The position numbers were made by a program, and so were the translations under genes. A stretch of 63,661 nucleotides of DNA, filler included, from Lenisia limosa (lineage: Eukaryota; Protista; Breviatea): the NCBI GenBank assembly GCA_001655205.1. It is 8 parts of 8 records of this genome, joined end to end, with 100 filler letters (N's around TTAATTAATTAA, not from the genome) between each part and the next. Parts side by side here need not be neighbours in the genome. Positions count along the whole stretch, not along the records: positions 51,658 to 53,912 come from LPNZ01009080.1; positions 54,013 to 60,946 come from LPNZ01003970.1; positions 61,047 to 62,161 come from LPNZ01009075.1; positions 62,262 to 63,661 come from LPNZ01009410.1; 4 more parts are not named here. One strand, 5' to 3'. Under the pieces are notes generated by a model. It made no database searches. It saw nothing but the letters and a program-made list of their open reading frames with translations, and was not told the DNA's origin. This document shows positions 51,764-63,661 of the stretch, piece after piece (the first letter of the stretch is position 1; every line of letters begins with the position of its first letter).

Positions 51764-53620
51764 CCTGGGCTAGAGGGTCAACATGCTGCGTCAGGTAGGC
51801 ATTTTCATCAGGTGTCAACGTGGGGATTTCACCAGGACGGGGCAAAGCGGGGAGGTTGAGCTGAATGGTCAATATCTGTTTGGGAGGGAGTTCTGATTAC
51901 AGAATTAATCATTTCGAATCCTTGAAATTGCAAAATCAATCTCACCAGCTTCATAATATCCGCATATCAATCCGCAGATCGCCTGAGAAGCAGCCTACCT
52001 TGAGAGGATTGCTCATGAAGCCTGACCAGAGCTCTTTGCCAGCTTGGTACTCGTCGGCAGTGATGGGACGGTGGGGGGTGTCGTAGAAGGGCGAGCTTGA
52101 AAGGCGCCTGGTGGTCAGAACTTCAGCAAATTAAAAAGGATTGTTCTTATGCAGAACAAATTCGCGGGTACCTGCACCATATAATATGCACTGGCGCTGA
52201 ATTTAGCAAAATAGGGTAAGAAAGCTCACATAATACTGTATACTACCACATAATCAGACCCCCACATGATCAAAGTGCCTCCCTTTTTGTTGTCTTTCTC
52301 ATCGAAATGGTCTGAAATTGCCTCCATCATCTGAAACAAATATCATATACAGTAAAACTTTTTTTGTTTAAGAAGGAACAGACTCATCAGACCCCCTTCA
52401 CGTGGCTGAAATTGGTGTATCCATGTTCCGAGAAAGGGCCGTGTCTCAGCACAAACCACTCCCTCAAGGGGTGCAGCTCTGACCCTCCAAGGACGGGAAT
52501 AAGTTCGATGATGAGGCGGGCNNNNNNNNNNNNNNNNNNNNNNNNNNNNNNNNNNNNNNNNNNNNNNNNNNNNNNNNNNNNNNNNNNNNNNNNNNNNNNN
52601 NNNNNNNNNNNNNNNNNNNNNNNNNNNNNNNNNNNNNNNNNNNNNNNNNNNNNNNNNNNNNNNNNNNNNGTTACGGGCCTACCTGGGTGCGGATAGGGAG
52701 ATTGATGCGCCTGTCTGTTTCGATTTTCTGGATATGTGAGAGGAAACAAAGGAAAGAGTAGTGGTATGCAAATGGTGTAAGTGGGTGAGATGACACCATT
52801 GATGTTTGATTGTTGCAGAATAGTCAAAGAATAGAAATGCGATAGTATTCAATTTATAAACTAGTTACATAATCTCAAATTTGCAGAAATGTGAATAAAA
52901 AGGAAGCATCTGGCCGAACGTCACACACCTTTCGGAGGGGCTTCACTGGGGACGTTGGAGTATCCCATTTGACACTCTGAGATCCTGCGAAGGCAACTAG
53001 CGATTGGCCCTTATCCTACAACGCGTGAGTAANNNNNNNNNNNNNNNNNNNNNNNNNNNNNNNNNNNNNNNNNNNNNNNNNNNNNNNNNNNNNNNNNNNN
53101 NNNNNNNNNNNNNNNNNNNNNNNNNNNNNNNNTATACCGCTCACCTTATCCGGGCGATGCACAGAGTTGACCCATCCTGTGGAGGCACTCTGGTTAGGGT
53201 GGTGCTTGATGGCCTGAGTTCTGGCCTGGCCGGCTCGAGTCTCTTCGGCCCAAAGGTCGGGCTGGATTTATGAAACAAAAAACAACCCCCGAATCAACTC
53301 TATTAGCTAGCATTTTGAAAACACACAAGGAATAAAAACAACAAAACAAACAATGCCAAGCCCAGACGTTGCAGCAGTACCGCATCCCATCTGTAAAGGA
53401 AGGGAATTTTGATGAAAAATATTGGCAGCGGGGGGAGGGGGAAGGAGAGTCGGGTGAATGAATCAAAGAAACGTGCCACTTAAATATTGGCTTCTTCCTT
53501 TCCCGGACATATTAGTGCCCACCTCACCTTCTCAATTTTCTCCATGATGGCGGGTTCGGGTTCGTGGTTCTCAGCGGACATAGTGGCCCACACATCATCA
53601 CAAGCACGAGTGGCTTGGTG
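51764..53620 (-). CDS. Partial hypothetical multi-exon gene
   Basis: Exons GMHQATRACDDVWATMSAENHEPEPAIMEKIEK|PDLWAEETRAGQART..., CLRRISECQMGYSNVPSEAPPK, LHPLREWFVLRHGPF and LNLPALPRPGEIPTL. No family recognised. Confidence 0.55.
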
Positions 53621-54099
53621 CATCCCTAGAATCATCACAGGAATATTAAACATATCGTATTAAAATGAAATGTTTATAATGGGGAGCAGAAAAAGAGTTG
53701 TGCATGTGGGGTGATCTCACCATAAACGTAATAAACATAATTATACAATGCTTATTACATATGCTGCTCCGCATAAACCTTGTGATTAACTTTGTGATTA
53801 ATTAAATTTGGGTCTTTTTGCCTGTAAAACCGGGTAAAAATTGCTTGATTTGATCTTTAATACTGTTAAAGTGATAGATTTAAACATTAGTTACTAGTCC
53901 CTCATAGAGTAANNNNNNNNNNNNNNNNNNNNNNNNNNNNNNNNNNNNNNNNNNNNTTAATTAATTAANNNNNNNNNNNNNNNNNNNNNNNNNNNNNNNN
54001 NNNNNNNNNNNNGCCATGCGAGCGATTTGGTGGTGATCATTAACACCATATCAACACTACTACCACGACCACCACCATCATTATCATTATCACAACCAT

Positions 54100-56720
54100 C
54101 AAGCATACTTGAAACATCATCAAGAATGGCTTCCGATTCGTCGACATCTGTTGGGAGGTCTGCAAGGCTGATCTGCAAGGAATGATATTTTGAACTTAAT
54201 AATACATATATATATATACTACTTTTTGAGGAGAAATAGAGTTTTTCAACTTGACACTATTTTTTGAGGCTAAATTCAAGGCGCAATCAATACTCAATGA
54301 AATGTTTCACTTCCAAAAAGATGAAAATAATCGAAATTCATTGACAGTCTAGTCATCTACCCGAGCTGGGGAAAAATCTCGAACTGAAACACATATTGAA
54401 ATATTTAAAAATAAAGAACAGGAATAATACCCCCCCCCCNNNNNNNNNNNNNNNNNNNNNNNNNNNNNNNNNNNNNNNNNNNNNNNNNNNNNNNNNNTAC
54501 ACACCAAACACCAATTTACCCACTTGTGTTTCTTGCTCTTCAAACGGCACTAAGTCCGTGGAAGTCAATATGTCATTATTCTTCTGGTGTTCCGCAACCT
54601 CCTCGTCAGTGTCAGCTTCAGCGTGTCTCAAAATCTCCATGGTCCTCTTTTCTTCCTCTTCTTTCTTCTTTCGCTCCATTTCCTCCTCCTTCTTCTCTTT
54701 TCGTCTTCTTTGTGCGTCAAGCCTGGCTTTTTCCTTTGCCTGTTTCGCTTCTTCCCTTTTGACACGAGCTGCTTCACGTTTCGCTAAAAGCATCTTTTGC
54801 TTTTTGTTTTCTTCTTCTTCTCTCAACACACGCTCTTCTTTCTCCTTCTGTTCCCTTTCCTCTTCTTCTCTTTCTCTCCTCAGTTTTGCTTCTTCTTCTC
54901 TCTGCCTCTTCTCTTCCTCAACTAATTTCTTCTCTTCTTCTCTTCTTCTTTTCTCCTCTTCTTTCTTCATCTTTTGTTCTTCTTGTCTTTTTCTTCGTTC
55001 TTCCTCCTTCCTCTTCCTTTCTTCCTCCTTCATTTTTCTTTCTTCCTCATTTTTCTTCTTCTTTTCCTCCTCCATTTTGATCCTATTGGCTTCAGCCTCA
55101 ACTTTCTCCAACTCAGACTTCATTCTACATAATTCATACTCAGCTTTCTTCATTTCTTCCTCTTCTTTCCTCTTCTCTTTTTCTCTTACCCTTCTTTCTT
55201 CTTCTTCCTTCTGCGCTTGTTCCTCCCTCATTCGTTGTTCCTCTTCTTTTGCCTTCCTCTCAGCCTGCTCCTGTGCCTCTTTCTCTTCCTTCTGCTTCTT
55301 CTTCTCCATCGCAGTTTCCCTCATCTTTTGAGCCATCATCTCCTCGGACTTCTGTCTTTGAAGTTCAACTTTTCTTTGTTCTTCCGACAGTTTCTGCAGC
55401 CTTTCTTCTTCTTCTCTCCGCTCCTTGTCTTCTAAATTCTTCTGCTCTTCCTCTTCCTTCCTCTTCTTTTCTTCTTCTAGTCTTTTGCTTTCCTCCTCCT
55501 CCTCCTTTTTCTTTCTTTCTGCCTCTCTTTCGTCTTCCTTCCTCTTCTCCTCTTCAATTCTCGTTCTTTCCTCTTCTTTCCTCTTTTCTTCCTCTATTCT
55601 TTTCCTCTCTTCTTCTTCTTCTTTCCTCTTTAACTCTTCAATTCTTTTCTCTTCTTCAATTCGCTTTCTTTCCTCTTCTTTCCTCTTCTCTTCTTCAATT
55701 CGCTTTCTTTCCTCTTCTTTCCTCTTTTCTTCTTCAATCCGCTTTCTTTCCTCTTCTTTCCTCTTTTCTTCTTCAATTCGCTTTCTTTCCTCTTCTTTCC
55801 TCTTTTCTTCTTCAATTTGCTTTCTTTCCTCTTCTTTCCTCTTTTCTTCTTCTTTTCTTTTCCTTTCTTCTTCTTTCCTCTTTTCTTCTTCTATTCTCTT
55901 GATTTCCTCTTTCCTCTTCTCTTCTTCAATTCTCTTCTCTTCCTCCTTTTTTTTCTTTTCATCCTCTGTTCTTTTCTTTTTTTCCTCTTCTTTCCTCGTC
56001 ATCTCTTCAATTCGCATTCTTTCTTCCTCTTCTTTCTTCATCTCCTCCCCTCTCCTCTTCTCTTCTTCCTTCCTTTTATCGCTTTCCAATTTGGCGAGTT
56101 CCGACATTTTCCTCTCCTGCAGCCTCTTCGCCTCTGCACCATCATCAGACTCCTGGCTGAAGAGATTCCCAAGTTCTTCACCTGATAGGAGTGAAAATGG
56201 CCGGTTGTATGGAACAGAATGTGGTATTTGGGGAAGAGGATTCCCAAGATTGTGGTGGCGGAAAGTATGGTGATTATTTGTTTCTGGCACTTGGGTTTCA
56301 CTTCGGTTCGAAAAAGAACACTCCGAAGGAAAGCCCAAAATGGAAAACCCTACCCATTGTGACAGGTTTGCGCGATTTAGGGATACTTGTGATTGTTGGT
56401 GCAGCGACCTGGGGGAGAAAAATGAAGGCAATTTGATAGCAGAATAAGCACACAATTGTAATGTCGTGAATGTATTTAGACACTAATTCAGTTCATCTGA
56501 GATTTAACACAAGCTTGATAACAATTCCTGTTTTGAAATAAAGTGAAGCCCCAATTCACCCAATTAAACCTAAGAAAAAGCTCGAATTTTGCCTCACCAC
56601 CCACAGAGCTGAATAGTCTTCGTTTTGTCTTGGGCGCCTTTTGGTTGAGCTGGGTGTGGTAAACAGTCTGTAATCGGAAAAGTAATATGTACTGTGTGGT
56701 CTCGGGGAGGCGTGAGCGCG
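54100..56720 (-). CDS. Lys/Glu/Arg-rich coiled-coil protein (large exon ~54523-56190 with KRIEEEKRKEEER repeats)
   Basis: 700-codon ORF. The true exon ends at the GTGGG donor after EQETQ. The N-terminal part of the listed ORF reads through an intron containing a mini MITE-A (56292-56337). Confidence 0.75.
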
Positions 56721-56789
56721 GAGGCATGGTAATTTGATGTATTTATTTGTTTCCCTATATTACTAATATATTCTTATAATATTACAAAT

Positions 56790-56886
56790 GGGCCTTCCCT
56801 TCGCTCCGAAAAAAGAGTGAATTTCTCGATAAATCTTCGATGAGTAGATATATTCGATCGGTCTTTTTCAGAAGGAAGTGAAGCCC
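56790..56886. mobile_element. MITE family A copy, diverged
   Basis: GGGCCTTCCCTTCG...GAAGGAAGTGAAGCCC with the conserved core. Confidence 0.75.
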
Positions 56887-56928
56887 ACATTATAAAGCAG
56901 AGTCATTATTCTCCTCGGTCCTTGACAA

Positions 56929-57044
56929 TACGTATTAAGACTAGACCAGAATCCTAAGTCGGATTTTAGGGCCTGAAGTCGGAGTTCGGAGTTTTGAAAT
57001 GGAATTCTGGGGTCCTTAAGTCAGATTCTGGTCCTAACACGTAT
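56929..57044. repeat. Imperfect palindromic element (possible further MITE family)
   Basis: TACGTATTAAGACTAGACCAGAATC...GATTCTGGTCCTAACACGTA inverted ends; only one clear copy. Confidence 0.45.
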
Positions 57045-57299
57045 GTGCTTTGAAGGCTCCTTTCATTTTTGAATAAAACAATTCCTCGTGTAAAGGACTA
57101 TTGAGAGTCCTGACTTGGGCTTCATTTTGGTCCAAAAAGACCAGTGAAATATGGTAATTTTTGGGTATTTATTGGGAAATGTGGTCTTTTGCTTGTACTG
57201 AAGCGAAGATCTAATGAGGACTCATCGTATCAAGAGATTTAGAAGACTATTTTCCTCAAATTGGCAATTCAAAAGTCCCAATACTTTTGCAGAGATACT

Positions 57300-60200
57300 A
57301 GGGGACGGGGCGACATGAAGTGCATGGACGGGAGTTGTCTCGGATTCTGGATGAAAAACAGTCAGAAAGGCTTATGTGGTGGAATGCATTGATAAACTGT
57401 GAAAAAAAACCCAATAATCAAATCGAACTTTTCTGGATATTATAGAATAAAACGAAATATCAAAATAACAATGGAGTTCCAATAACAGAAAAATATGTAT
57501 AATAGTGTGACAGAGAGATGTATGGATTAGTGGGTCAAAAATATTTATTTATATATTTCTTGCTCAAAAAACAAAAAACAAAGAAGTCAACTATGAAAAA
57601 GCAATTTAAATACTAAGGCTTCACATCAGTCATAAATGGTAGAGTTTTGTTTGGGTTCCCCATCAAAAACGAAATGCTTCTGCCTAATGGGGGGGGGGGG
57701 GGGGTNNNNNNNNNNNNNNNNNNNNNNNNNNNNNNNNNNNNNNNNNNNNNNNNNNNNNNNNNNNNNNNCTTTCTTTATAATTATCAATGAGAAATCCAAC
57801 TTCGGTTCTAACAATTCAACAACCTTCACACATTGCCATATGTGGGGGTTATCTCCGTAAAGCAGCAGAGGTTTGGTTTGATTGTTAATATTGAATCATA
57901 AAAGCAAGAAAAAGGAAGATAAATACAAAATCTAAAAATATGACAGAGCATAGTCAAATGAAGACACGAAAAAGGCAATGTTTCAACAAAACGAAACCAT
58001 ACTATAATGGACTATAATATATTTCAGGAATTTCAAAATTATGTATTATATTGGAACATTCATTTCAGACCCTTTAATTGCAATTTAATTTACTCAAAGT
58101 ATAAATTTCACGGAGTCCTAATATGTTTGTATCACAAATAGAGTTTACAGAGAGGTAGTAATCCCACACATCCCGCCAATACAGTCCGTCTTCACCGTCA
58201 CGTTTATAAGAGATATTGAATTAGAGTATATAATATTAAATCATCGATATTATATTATACCAATCTTTGTCATACAGGAGTGAATCTATATTAATATCCC
58301 ATAATAACCCACCAATATGGTCCAAATCAACATCCATGGTAGCCAGTTCAGAGAGGTTGGCTGACGCTGCCGAAGGTTCCCTAACCAAAGCCGAAGAACT
58401 ATCCAGGATCAAGGGGGACAGCGATGGTTGGGGGTCTAGGTGGTGAAAAGAAATAATCACAGATTCCTAATATTATACGGCGTTTCTATGGTGCCAAAAG
58501 TGACTGAATATCTCGAAAAATCTTGATAAAAAAATCATATATATAGTCCATAATATATGATATATATTCTGAGAGTTTTGTTTTTGGCCCCGAGGGAAGT
58601 CTTAAAAACAGTACTCGTTTTCATACCCAATTCCGAGGATTCTGGGACCACCTGCGAACCCTCATCGAGAGGGAGATCGTCTTCGCTGTCGGATTCCGTG
58701 CCTGGGATAATAAGATTTTGGGCGTGTATAATCAGTCCTTTGGCACATAATCATTATTGGGCAGTTAGCTTATGATGGAATAATTAAATATAGCTATTTG
58801 CTCTTTGAGAATCGGATTTTTGTGACTGAACTTATATTAAATCAATCGAATTGAGCGAGTTACAAAGACACTGAATAAGAAACTGTCTGGACAGAGTAGC
58901 AATGATGTTACAAGATATTAATAGCAAAACGACATCACAATATCAGTATTTATTGATATTTATTGAGGATCAACCGAGAATTTAGTTTAGTATTTTCCAA
59001 AAAACACAGGTTGTGTCAAATCCTTGCCCAACCAATATAGTCGCTTTGCACGTTATCCTTATCTGTTGGCGTAGCTTCGACATCTGGGAGGGGCGCTGAG
59101 TTTTCAACAATTTTTGACACTGAAGCCCTAGGGATGTTAATGATTGTGAATAGGCTGTGGATTCAATTGGGTATTTTCACGCATAACTGGTCTGTGAGTT
59201 GGTAATTTGAGTTTTTCTTTTCAATTCTAGAATTGAAATAGATCTGGATCATGCCTTCGGGGATTATATTTAAATATGGCTTCACTATGATCAAGAAAAG
59301 GACTGAATTTCTCGATAAGATTCCGATNNNNNNNNNNNNNNNNNNNNNNNNNNNNNNNNNNNNNNNNNNNNNNNNNNNNNNNNNNNNNNNNNNNNNNNNN
59401 NNNNNNNNNNNNNNNNNNNNTCATTTTCAGACCGTAGGGAAGCCCAAGTTGAAATAGAACTGCTTGCTCATGCTTTCCATGATTATATGATAATATGAGA
59501 CGTCCGCACTTATCAAGAGGGGTGCAGGGCGGAGTCAGGAAAACGTTAATATCGCCAGGAATCGAGACTTGCGAGTAGATAATATCATCATCGTCATCCG
59601 TAATAATATCCTGGAGAGGGGAAGGATTGAAAAGGGATCCCAAGTACATAGATTCCAAAAACCAAAGACTCTGACGAAATTTCATGATCTCCCTCTTTCA
59701 AAAAAAAAAACAACATCCACCACCCCCTANNNNNNNNNNNNNNNNNNNNNNNNNNNNNNNNNNNNNNNNNNNNNNNNNNNNNNNNNNNNNNNNNNNNNNN
59801 NNNNNNNNNNNNNNNNNNNNNNNNNNNNNNNNNNNNNNNNNNNNNNNNNNNNNNNNNNNNNNNNNNNNNNNNNNNNNNNNNNNNNNNNNNNNNNNNNNNN
59901 NNNNNNNNNNNNNNNNNNNNNNNNNNCAATCTTGCCCGGCCCTGGGAACTGATGTCATCAGGGTCTGAGGCGCTGTCACTCAGCTCGATATCCAAGTCTG
60001 CAATGCAGGTTAATTTGCATGTAGGTCTATTTGAACAGGTCTATTTGAATGCAGGTCATTTTCAATGATGGTTAATTTGGAACAAGTATAGAGTGTGGAA
60101 TATTAGTTGACTCAACAAAATCATGAATAAGCTGTTTATTGAAGATTCTATGAAATCGGAACTGGGGGAGGGGGTGAGTAAACTGGCATTTATGAAACAA

Positions 60201-60687
60201 AAAGCCCAATGTCAATTGGATATTAAAGATCCAAGTCTACAAGTTGGTTATTTTGGCAGGTAGAATGTGGGGGGTATACAGGCCAGAATGATTTGTGAAG
60301 CAGGAATTCGAAACAATTAAGAGATTCAATGAAAATTTCGAGAAGGTTTTTAAAGGCCAGTCATATTAAATCTCGGTTACCGTTTTCTCCTCCTGTAGAT
60401 GATGGGGGCTTCACGGTACTATTCGGTGCAGACATTGGCTGTGAGAGTAAGATAAAATAGTTCTGAATAGGAATTAACTACGGTCAGAAAACGTCCGGTA
60501 AAATATCGATATTTATCGAGGATTTATCGAGAAATCAGTACTTTTTTGGGGCTGTTGGGAAGCCCTGTTTGTTGAATAAAACAATCCTAACCTTGAGTGG
60601 CGAAATCATGGGCATCGTTGCTGCCATTGACGGTGAAATCGGCATTGTCATTCCAAACGGAGTAACTGCGGGAATAAAAAGTGGTCA
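57300..60687 (-). CDS. Ser/Asp/Pro-rich exons of a hypothetical gene, possibly the 5' part of the K/E-rich gene
   Basis: Exons VTPFGMTMPISPSMAATMPMISPLK, DLDIELSDSASDPDDISS, VSKIVENSAPLPDVEAT and LIIPGTESDSEDDLPLDEG with GT/AG ends. Confidence 0.5.
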
Positions 60688-62880
60688 ACGTGGTATTTTT
60701 ATGAAAATTAAAAAAATAACAGGTTATTTTTGCAACTACAGACGTTGTTTATAAAGAGCATTTTTAGACAAGCTGGGACTGGAACCACATTAAATCCGGA
60801 TCAAATTACAAAACAAAATTACACGCAATCAATTTTGTGACTAGAGTGTCTCCACATACCAGCTTGATTGTCCCGAGATTCCCTTGGAATTGAGGGGGTC
60901 AAAGGCTCACTGAATGGGGATAAAAGAAAAAAGAGGGGGGGGGGGGNNNNNNNNNNNNNNNNNNNNNNNNNNNNNNNNNNNNNNNNNNNNTTAATTAATT
61001 AANNNNNNNNNNNNNNNNNNNNNNNNNNNNNNNNNNNNNNNNNNNNACCCAATCATTTGCCTTACAACTCTGTGCACACAGCTTTCTGCGTGCCTCCCCA
61101 GCATATTATAAGGGACCCAGCCCGGCCCAGTACTGCCCAAGCGGAATGCCTAGAAGGTTCAATTCTCCCTTGTCGCCAAGGGGAAACAGGGCCAAAGGCA
61201 ATCTACAAAGTTACTCATATTCATTTAGACACACTTGTTTGCGTCAAATCAAATAGTCCCGCGAATATTGTATGAGATGCACAGGATCTCTTGTTTTTGT
61301 CCTTGAACACAACCTTTTTATTTCTTGATTTTTTCTTGTTTTGTCTGATTATTTTGGAAAATTGTGTTACTCTATGATAGATGATAGACTACAGTGTAGT
61401 TATTATTGCCATTCTTTACCATGACAGAAGCGGACGGCGTTNNNNNNNNNNNNNNNNNNNNNNNNNNNNNNNNNNNNNNNNNNNNNNNNNNNNNNNNNNN
61501 NNNNNNNNNNNNNNNNNNNTTATGTTTCTTCTTTCTTTTTTCTTCTTTCGTTCTTTTTTAATTGTTTATAACTGACACTGCAGGTACTATCAGCTCCAGG
61601 CCGGACCAGGTGTGTGGCAAACCGCTCCCAAGGTGGGGGGGTTTAAAGAGAGGGATATACAATAGAGAATGCCAAATTCAATGTTGAAAAAATGACGAAC
61701 CCAGGCCGGGCGAGCAGCTGATATGTATCACGTGACCGTTGTGGACTCGTCTTTCCGCCGCCGCCAGTCTTCTCGTGGGCTCAGGTGACACTTACCATAT
61801 CGGGACTATCTTGGCTCACATACCATATCGGGAATATACAGGAAACAAGCTTACCATATAATATTATGTAGGAATGGGAAGTAAAACAAGGTTGGCCAAC
61901 GCCGTCCACACCATCACACTTTGAAGAGATATTGGAATTTTCTATTTAGAAGAATAATAATATTTCAAACACTTGCCATTAAGAAATTAAACGAGAAAAT
62001 GAGAATGACTTACCATATTTAGGCGCCTCGGTTGACGCTACTCCCCAAAACCTCCAAGAAGGTGTCATTGTAGACACGTAAGCTTGTCATTACAAACAAT
62101 GGGGGGATCAGAATAGACAGATTATGGTTAAACCGCAGTTTAATAGCAAGCTATTTATATANNNNNNNNNNNNNNNNNNNNNNNNNNNNNNNNNNNNNNN
62201 NNNNNTTAATTAATTAANNNNNNNNNNNNNNNNNNNNNNNNNNNNNNNNNNNNNNNNNNNNCCCCCCGCCGAAGAGGAATTGGTACCGATTTTGATAATC
62301 AGTTCAACTGAAGCGCTCCTCTCAGTCCACTGCACCACCTATGACAAACTAGCTATTGGTTCAAAATACGAAATCTACGTGAGTTTGTTGTGAATATTTT
62401 TATTTGATATTTGAGGTACAGATGGTACCAAGAAAGTCATATCAAGCACTTTTTCTCGAAAATATCAACTAAAAGAATGTTTAAATTAATAGTCATGCCT
62501 CCAGATAAACCGAATGTCGGTGTCGGCCACCATTGACAGCATGGTGCATCCCGAGGNNNNNNNNNNNNNNNNNNNNNNNNNNNNNNNNNNNNNNNNNNNN
62601 NNNNNNNNNNNNNNNNNNNNNNNNCTACCCACTGCCCCGTACCAGGAAATGTGAGGTTTTTTGAACAAAACATATTATGTACATTAAATCTAAGGAATCA
62701 AATAAATACATGCAAATGGATACCAGAAACAAATACTATACTTCCGCGCCCACTGGGGGTGAAGGGAAAAATGAGTGTCTTAGGGGTATTGCTTCCAGTT
62801 TTACTTCCCCCCCCCNNNNNNNNNNTCGCGGTTCCACCACCCGCCTCTTTGCCACCCTTGGCGTCTGGTCACAAAAGTAG

Positions 62881-62910
62881 GAACTGAACTGAACTGAACT
62901 GAACTGAACT
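62881..62910. repeat. (GAACT)6 microsatellite
   Basis: Perfect pentanucleotide repeat. Confidence 0.95.
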
Positions 62911-63661
62911 GATGGAGTGTTTATTTTTTTATGTTTTGATGAATATCATATATATATGTACATGTATATAGTTTTCGAAGTAGAGCTGTAATGAATGTGT
63001 GTTTTTCTTCTTTCTCCCCCTAACACTCCAGACAAACCTCAACAAATCTTCTCCAACTCTCCCTGCCTTGTACCCAAGAGGATGTTGGAGGCGGCGTTTT
63101 CCTATACGACACCCTGCGTAATGAGGTGCGACGTCTTGGGGTTTTCTAGTGTAATTCCTAGTTAACTGGACGAGTTTTTTAACCCCCCCCCCCCNNNNNN
63201 NNNNNNNNNNNNNNNNNNNNNNNNNNNNNNNNNNNNNNNNNNNNNNNNNNNNNNNNNNNNNNNNNNNNNNNNNNNNNNNNNNNNNNNNNNNNNNNNNNNN
63301 NNNNNNNNNNNNNNNNNNNNNNNNNNNNNNNNNNNNNNNNNNNNNNNNNNNNNNNNNNNNNNNNNNNNNNNNNNNNNNNNNNNNNNNNNNNNNNNNNNNN
63401 NNNNNNNNNNNNNGCCCTCTGAACAACTCCAAAACCCGCCAAAGCCGGAACGGATCATTGTTTGGGGGGTGATGTACAGAGTTGATTGGGTAAATTAATA
63501 TCATATGATACGATAATCCAATATCTTATAAGCGTGATGGTGGACGACTTCGGCTAGATACATCTTTATTTCTATTTCTCATTGCTTTGTATCAGTATTA
63601 TTAAATCTCATTCCCCTATAACCTTTTGCTTTATAATCCTCCACTCCCCCTCCCCATTCTT

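Noticed and set aside
53368-53394. Putative micro-exon DGMRYCCN making the family-B copy a complete 106-nt introner
   Set aside because: This segment aligns with the 5' part of family B in purely intronic copies (49478-49505), and the flanking exons join in phase without it. It is not excluded, but unsupported.
54396-56273. Long Ser/Phe/Leu-rich plus-strand ORFs
   Set aside because: Antisense reading of the purine-rich Lys/Glu exon.

Overview
This window is not one continuous prokaryotic locus. It is eight contigs of an intron-rich eukaryotic genome joined by artificial 100-nt spacers (N44-TTAATTAATTAA-N44) at 11880, 28867, 48058, 51558, 53913, 60947 and 62162. Other N blocks mostly abut poly-G/poly-C tracts. 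Manual splicing (GT-AG introns, CTAAC/CTGAC-like branch points, standard genetic code) recovers these genes: an EIF1AD homolog, a SAP-domain Pro-rich protein, a voltage-sensor-like 4-TM protein with no visible pore, a TOE1-like CAF1 deadenylase with CCCH finger, a Shisa-like single-pass protein built from micro-exons, a secreted RCC1-repeat protein, a CCDC77-like protein, a FICD-like TPR-Fic AMPylase, an SLC35G/EamA transporter, a Lys/Glu-rich coiled-coil protein, and an [FeFe]-hydrogenase fused to a C-terminal flavodoxin domain. Together these suggest an anaerobic, probably flagellated protist (inference). There are three tRNA genes: Thr-AGT (truncated), Val-CAC and Asp-GTC. The non-coding DNA carries several short repeat families. 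The most intriguing are (i) a ~150-nt repeat always sense-oriented at intron 3' ends that appears to carry the branch point/pyrimidine tract and in one copy the AG, (ii) a GC-rich ~230-nt element in the same orientation 67-94 bp upstream of two different tRNA genes, and (iii) dense TA-flanked MITE families. All family and gene assignments come from motif recognition by eye; no database searches were run, and exon boundaries are approximate where stated.
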